Positions 59,561 through 64,000 of a stretch of DNA of 64,000 nucleotides are shown one piece after another. Positions within the stretch are counted from its first letter, which is position 1. Each line of letters begins with the position of its first letter. Both the position numbers and the translations under genes were made by a program. The notes under the pieces were generated by a model, which was not told the origin of the DNA, made no database searches, and saw nothing but the letters and a program-made list of their open reading frames with translations. This DNA comes from Nitrospirota bacterium (GTDB lineage: Bacteria > Nitrospirota > UBA9217): contig CAWBNQ010000005.1 of assembly GCA_963790205.1 (NCBI GenBank), forward strand, positions 384,001 to 448,000, read 5' to 3'.

Positions 59561-60526
59561 TTAGTTGTTTTCTAAAAGATTATTGCCGCTGAAGTCCGTC
59601 GAGTTCCCGTAGACTTCCCGAAGGATGACGTCCGCGCCCCGGGACAGGAGCTTCTCGGCCAGCGTGACGCCCAGTTTCTCCGCCTTTTCCGGCTCCCCGT
59701 CGATGGCGTCTTTGATGATCCGCTTTCCGTCCACGCTGCCCACGAGCCCGATAAGATGGAGTTTCCCGTCCTTCATCTCTCCGTAGCACGCGATCGGGAC
59801 CTGACATCCTCCTTCGAGCCGCCGCAGGAGCGCCCGTTCGCCCGTGACGCACGTGCGGGTGTCGGCATGGTTGAAGAACGCGATGAGGTCGTTCAGCTCC
59901 CTGTCGTCTACCCGGCATTCGATGCCGAGCGCGCCCTGGCCGATGGCGGGCAGACTGATCTCCGGATCGATATACTCCGAAACGTTTTCCGCGAGCCCGA
60001 GGCGCTTGACCCCTGCCGCGGCCAGGATAATGGCGTCGTATTGACCTTCCTTGAGCTTCCTGAGGCGCGTGTCCACGTTGCCGCGAAGCTGATTGATCAC
60101 AAAATCCGGCCGGATATTCATGAGCTGGGCTTGGCGCCTGAGGCTGCTCGTGCCCACGTTCGCTCCTTTGGGCAGGTCCTTAAACTTCACCTTGTTCCGC
60201 GTCAGCAAAGCGTCCCGCGGGTCCTCACGCTTCGTGATGCACGAAAGATGGAGCCCGTCCGGGAAGAACGTCGGCACGTCCTTCATGCTGTGGACAGCAA
60301 TGTCGATCTCGCCCTCCAGCATGGCCTCCTCGATCTCCTTTACGAAGAGTCCCTTGCCGCCCACCTTGGCGAGCGGCACGTCAAGTATCTTGTCTCCCGT
60401 AGTCTTGATCTTGGTGAGGGTCACGGACGTGCCCGGATATTTTTTCTCGAGCTCCGACTTCACCCATTCCGCCTGCCAGAGCGCGAGCGCGCTGGCACGG
60501 GTACCGATCCTGATCTGTTTTCGCAA
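59561..60526 (-). CDS. hemC: Hydroxymethylbilane synthase
   Basis: IGTRASALALWQ, GKGLFVKEIE, AVHSMKD, GTSSLRR, LEGGCQVP. Confidence 0.97.
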   Translation of the reverse strand: MRKQIRIGTRASALALWQAEWVKSELEKKYPGTSVTLTKIKTTGDKILDVPLAKVGGKGLFVKEIEEAMLEGEIDIAVHSMKDVPTFFPDGLHLSCITKREDPRDALLTRNKVKFKDLPKGANVGTSSLRRQAQLMNIRPDFVINQLRGNVDTRLRKLKEGQYDAIILAAAGVKRLGLAENVSEYIDPEISLPAIGQGALGIECRVDDRELNDLIAFFNHADTRTCVTGERALLRRLEGGCQVPIACYGEMKDGKLHLIGLVGSVDGKRIIKDAIDGEPEKAEKLGVTLAEKLLSRGADVILREVYGNSTDFSGNNLLENN

Positions 60527-60549
60527 TGAAAAGCTCCTTTAAAAGTTGC

Positions 60550-60614
60550 AAGGTTGAGGTCAAGTATAGGTTCAGAAGGAGAATCGCTCAGCCTCAACCT
60601 CAGACTGAACCTGG
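60550..60614. repeat. Inverted 6-bp-period array
   Basis: aggttg-aggtca-agtata-ggttca ... ctcagc-ctcaac-ctcaga-ctgaac. Confidence 0.65.
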
Positions 60615-60627
60615 CCTGTTCTATGAA

Positions 60628-61986
60628 TCACCGGCACTTGCTCTCGTGTCCGGCATCCTGCCCCGGTATCACGGGCTCAGCCGATTCCGTCGTTTTCTCA
60701 TGGCCGGGCCGTTTCAGTTCCTTGTCCAGATTAAAGAGCCTGCGCGCGACGGCAATGGTATTGTCTCCCGTCTCCGGCGTAGAGGCCGCCTGCTTCAGAA
60801 CCACGAGGGGCGCGTGGAGCAGCTTGTTCACGATGGCCTGGGACATGGCCTCAACGGCCCGCTTCTGGTCCTCGGATATGCCGGTCAACGAGCCAAGGGC
60901 CTTGTCCAGTTCGCGCTTCCGCACGTCCTCCACTTTTTCACGAAGGTCAACGATGGTCGGAACGGCGTCAAGGGCGCGCTCCCACTGGAGGTAGGTTTCC
61001 ACCTCCAGGGTCACAAGTTCTTCCGCCCTCGCGGCTTCCTTTGCCCTGCCCTCGGTGTTGACGTCTACCTTGCTCTGGAGGTCGTCGATATCGTAGAGGT
61101 ACACATTGTCTACCTTGTCCACCTCGGGGTCGATGTTCCTCGGGTTCGAGATGTCGATCAGGAAAATGGGTTTGTGACGCCGCTCCTTGAGCGCCCGGCT
61201 GACCATTTCGCGCCTGACGACATAGTTCGGCGCGCCGGTCGCGCAGATCAGGATATCGACCATGACCAGCGAGTCGGGAAAATGCTCGAACCGGATGGCG
61301 TCGCCCTTGAACTCCTTGGCGAGCTCTTCGGCCCGTTCGAAGGTGCGGTTGGCGACCATGATGTTTTTCACGCCGTTTCCCAGGAGGTGCTGGGCGGCCA
61401 GTTCAGCCATCTCTCCGGCGCCCAAAAGCATCACCGTCTTGCCCGCAAGTTCGCCGAAGATCTTCTTAGCCAGCTCCACGGCGGCGGAGCTGATGGAAAC
61501 CGCCCCTTCGGCGAGCCTGGTCTCGGTGCGGACCCGCTTTGCCACGGAGATGGATTTCTTGATCAGTTTATTGAGGATCGTACTGGTGGTCTTGGTCTTG
61601 AGGGCGATATCGAAGGCGTCCTTGAGCTGTCCCAGGATCTGCGCCTCTCCCACGACCATGGAGTCGAGGCTCGAGGCCACCCGGAAGGTGTGGCGCACGC
61701 CCAGCGCGTCGGGGTAGACATAGAGAGACTGCTCCAGTGCTTCGCGCGAGAGACCGTGGTAATCGGAGATGAACTGTTTGATCCGGTCGATGCCCTTGGC
61801 GCTGTCCTGCACCGAAGCGTATATCTCCACACGGTTGCACGTGGACATGATAAGGCTTTCCCGGACCCCCTCATAGGTCATGAGCTTCCTGAGCGCGTCG
61901 GTGAGCGTGTTCTCAGGAAAGTTGAGCTTCTCGCGCACCTCGATCGGCGCTGTTTTATGACTGAGACCGACTACGACAATTCCCAT
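60628..61986 (-). CDS. hemA: Glutamyl-tRNA reductase
   Basis: GLSHKTAP, STCNRVE, SLDSMVVGEAQILGQ, GAGEM, DISNPRNI. Confidence 0.97.
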   Translation of the reverse strand: MGIVVVGLSHKTAPIEVREKLNFPENTLTDALRKLMTYEGVRESLIMSTCNRVEIYASVQDSAKGIDRIKQFISDYHGLSREALEQSLYVYPDALGVRHTFRVASSLDSMVVGEAQILGQLKDAFDIALKTKTTSTILNKLIKKSISVAKRVRTETRLAEGAVSISSAAVELAKKIFGELAGKTVMLLGAGEMAELAAQHLLGNGVKNIMVANRTFERAEELAKEFKGDAIRFEHFPDSLVMVDILICATGAPNYVVRREMVSRALKERRHKPIFLIDISNPRNIDPEVDKVDNVYLYDIDDLQSKVDVNTEGRAKEAARAEELVTLEVETYLQWERALDAVPTIVDLREKVEDVRKRELDKALGSLTGISEDQKRAVEAMSQAIVNKLLHAPLVVLKQAASTPETGDNTIAVARRLFNLDKELKRPGHEKTTESAEPVIPGQDAGHESKCR

Positions 61987-61998
61987 GCCAATATCACC

Positions 61999-62812
61999 CT
62001 AAAACGTATGCTTCCCGACATTCACGCGGCTGACGACGAAAAAGCTGACCAGAACGAACACGAACCCCAGGATCGAGAGTAAGGCCATCTTCCGTCCCCG
62101 CCACCCGATCGTCCGGAGGTGCAGGAGAACCAGATAGATCGCCCAGGTAATGAGCGACCAGGTCTCCTTCGGGTCCCAACTCCAGTACGTGCCCCAGGCG
62201 CTGTTCGCCCAGATCGAGCCGGTAAGCATACCGATGGTGAAAGGGGCCAGCCGAAGGTCAGCGCCTTGTACCCCAGGGTGTCCATGATGTCGAGCGACGG
62301 CAGACGGTGGAAAATGGCCCCCAAGCGCCTGGCTTTGAGCTGGCGCTCTTGGAGCAGGTACATGATCGAAACGATAAAGGCGAAGGCAAAAGCCGCGTCC
62401 CCCAGCACCGCGAAGCTCGTATGTACGCCGAGCCACCCGCTCCTGAGCACAGGGTTGAGCTCCTTGATATCTTGCCGGTGACGATGAATGCGGGTACCAT
62501 GAGGACGATGACGAGGGGAAGCATGAACGATCCGAGCGCTGCAATCCTGAACCGGTATTCCATGATCAGGAACACGAGCATGATGCCAAGGCCGAGAAAG
62601 TTGGCGGCTTCGAAGAAATTCGTCGCCGGGATGCGGCCGGACTCCACCCACCGGAACGAAAAATAAGCGAGATGGATGATGAAGCCCGCGAAGGCGGCCC
62701 AGAAAGAAAACGCGGCAACCCGCTTCTTTTCCGGCTTGATAAGATAGGTGACATACCCGGCGGCAGAGAGGAGATAGACTCCCATCGCGGCCTTAAAAAA
62801 AAGAATGTTCAT
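61999..62812 (-). CDS. ccsA: Cytochrome c biogenesis protein CcsA/CcsB, with two apparent frameshifts (~62471, ~62241)
   Basis: Three ORFs join into one protein: MNILFF...IVTGK / DIKELNPVLRSGWLGVH / FTIGMLTGSIWA..AWGTYWSWDPKETW. Confidence 0.88.
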
Positions 62813-63022
62813 TAAGCAATTCCTTGGTAATGGTTTGATGTATAAGGCTTTTCATAATACTTTTTAACCGCAGTCAAAGTCAAGGGAAAATTCAATTTTA
62901 ATGTGGAGAACGCGGAGTGCACAGAGGTAAGACGCTAAAAATAAAAGCTTTTCCCTGCGATCTCCGCATCCAGATCTCGTGAAAGTTTGTTTCTTACGGG
63001 TTCTTCGAGAGAGGGCTCGAAA

Positions 63023-63706
63023 TCATCTCTCCTGGTGAAGTTTGCCGTCTGCCATCCTGAGAACCCGGTCAGCGCGTATGGCAAGCCTGTCGTTGTGCGT
63101 CACGATCACGAACGTAATGCCGCGCTCCCTGTTGATCTTCTGCAAGAGTTCGTGGACCGCCTCTCCCGTATGGGTATCGAGGTTACCGGTGGGCTCATCC
63201 GCCAGGACGGCATCCGGGCTCAGCACGAGCGCCCGGGCCACGGCGACCCGCTGCTGCTCGCCGCCCGAAAGCTCGCCCGGCCGGTGATGGACCCTGCCTC
63301 CGAGCCCCACGTCGGCCAGGACCTTCGACGCGTTTTCGGCGGCGGCCACGCGCTCGGTACCCCGGATCAGCGCCGGCAGCATCACGTTCTCGAGAGCGGA
63401 AAACTCCGGCAGCAGGTGGTGGAACTGGAACACAAAACCGACGTGCTCGTTGCGGAACCGGGCAAGACGGTCGCTGTCCAGACCGAAGACGTCTACGTCC
63501 CTGTAAAAAACCCTGCCGGACGTGGGGCGGTCGAGCCCTCCCAGAATGTGGAGCAAGGTGCTTTTGCCCGCGCCCGACGCCCCCACGATGGCCAGCATCT
63601 CGCCCGTGCGGATATCGAGATCGATATCGTTCAGCACGTGGAGCGCAACAGGGCCGCTCATGAAGGTCTTATGGAGCTGCTCAATATGGATAAGGGGCTG
63701 TGTTAT
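63023..63706 (-). CDS. lolD: Lipoprotein-releasing ABC transporter ATP-binding protein
   Basis: GASGAGKSTLLHILGGLD, FVFQFHHLLPEF, LSGGEQQR, DEPTGNLD; likely start is ATA at 63706. Confidence 0.88.
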   Translation of the reverse strand: MTQPLIHIEQLHKTFMSGPVALHVLNDIDLDIRTGEMLAIVGASGAGKSTLLHILGGLDRPTSGRVFYRDVDVFGLDSDRLARFRNEHVGFVFQFHHLLPEFSALENVMLPALIRGTERVAAAENASKVLADVGLGGRVHHRPGELSGGEQQRVAVARALVLSPDAVLADEPTGNLDTHTGEAVHELLQKINRERGITFVIVTHNDRLAIRADRVLRMADGKLHQER

Positions 63707-63954
63707 TTTTTTTCTCCTGTTTTCTCTCCCGGTTTGACGGTTTCGATGACCTTTTCAACGGCCTTGCCGGTATTGGAAGCCTTCTCTTCCATCTTCTGTT
63801 TGACGGTCTCCGCATCGTTCCCGACCCCGCTCATCCATTTGCCTGCGGACCTGAGCAGGTTCCCGCCGCCAAGGAGAATGAAAACGACGACAAGCAGTGC
63901 AGCAAATATCAGCGTCAGAATAAATCTTTTTAATGTTCCGCTCTTCTGTGCCAT
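63703..63954 (-). CDS. Small single-TM hypothetical protein
   Basis: GGGAG RBS, one hydrophobic helix, amphipathic Lys/Glu tail. Confidence 0.65.
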   Translation of the reverse strand: MAQKSGTLKRFILTLIFAALLVVVFILLGGGNLLRSAGKWMSGVGNDAETVKQKMEEKASNTGKAVEKVIETVKPGEKTGEKK

Positions 63955-64000
63955 GGGATCCTCCCTCAGTAAATAAAGATTAGAGATTTGAAATTCGAAT

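Overview
A GC-rich bacterial chromosomal segment. Gene content and order suggest a diderm of the Nitrospirota/Desulfobacterota type (inference). It is mostly core genes on the minus strand: comF, gpmI, lapB-like, rlmH-rsfS-nadD, proA/proB, a large outer-membrane/lipid A cluster (bamA-skp-lpxD-fabZ-lpxA-lpxI-gnnA-gnnB-lpxB-msbA-DUF374-waaA-lpxK-gmhB), hemW, a short ArgA, clpC, pnp-rpsO, the rimP-nusA-infB-rbfA-truB operon, a UPF0182 protein, the ccsA-hemA-hemC-cobA/hemD-hesB-hemB cluster and lolD. The most unusual item is a ~3.09 kb mobile element (46221-49309). One pair of terminal inverted repeats and a target duplication enclose two separate DDE transposases and two paralogous HTH proteins. 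It interrupts a gene for a PD-(D/E)xK/Cap4-like nuclease, a possible defence gene, whose frame is restored when the element is removed. Intergenic gaps are littered with short-period (6/7/9-bp) inverted repeat arrays, two MITE-like elements and REP-like palindromes. Frameshifts in bamA, ylxR and ccsA look like assembly indels. I saw no tRNA, rRNA or CRISPR array.
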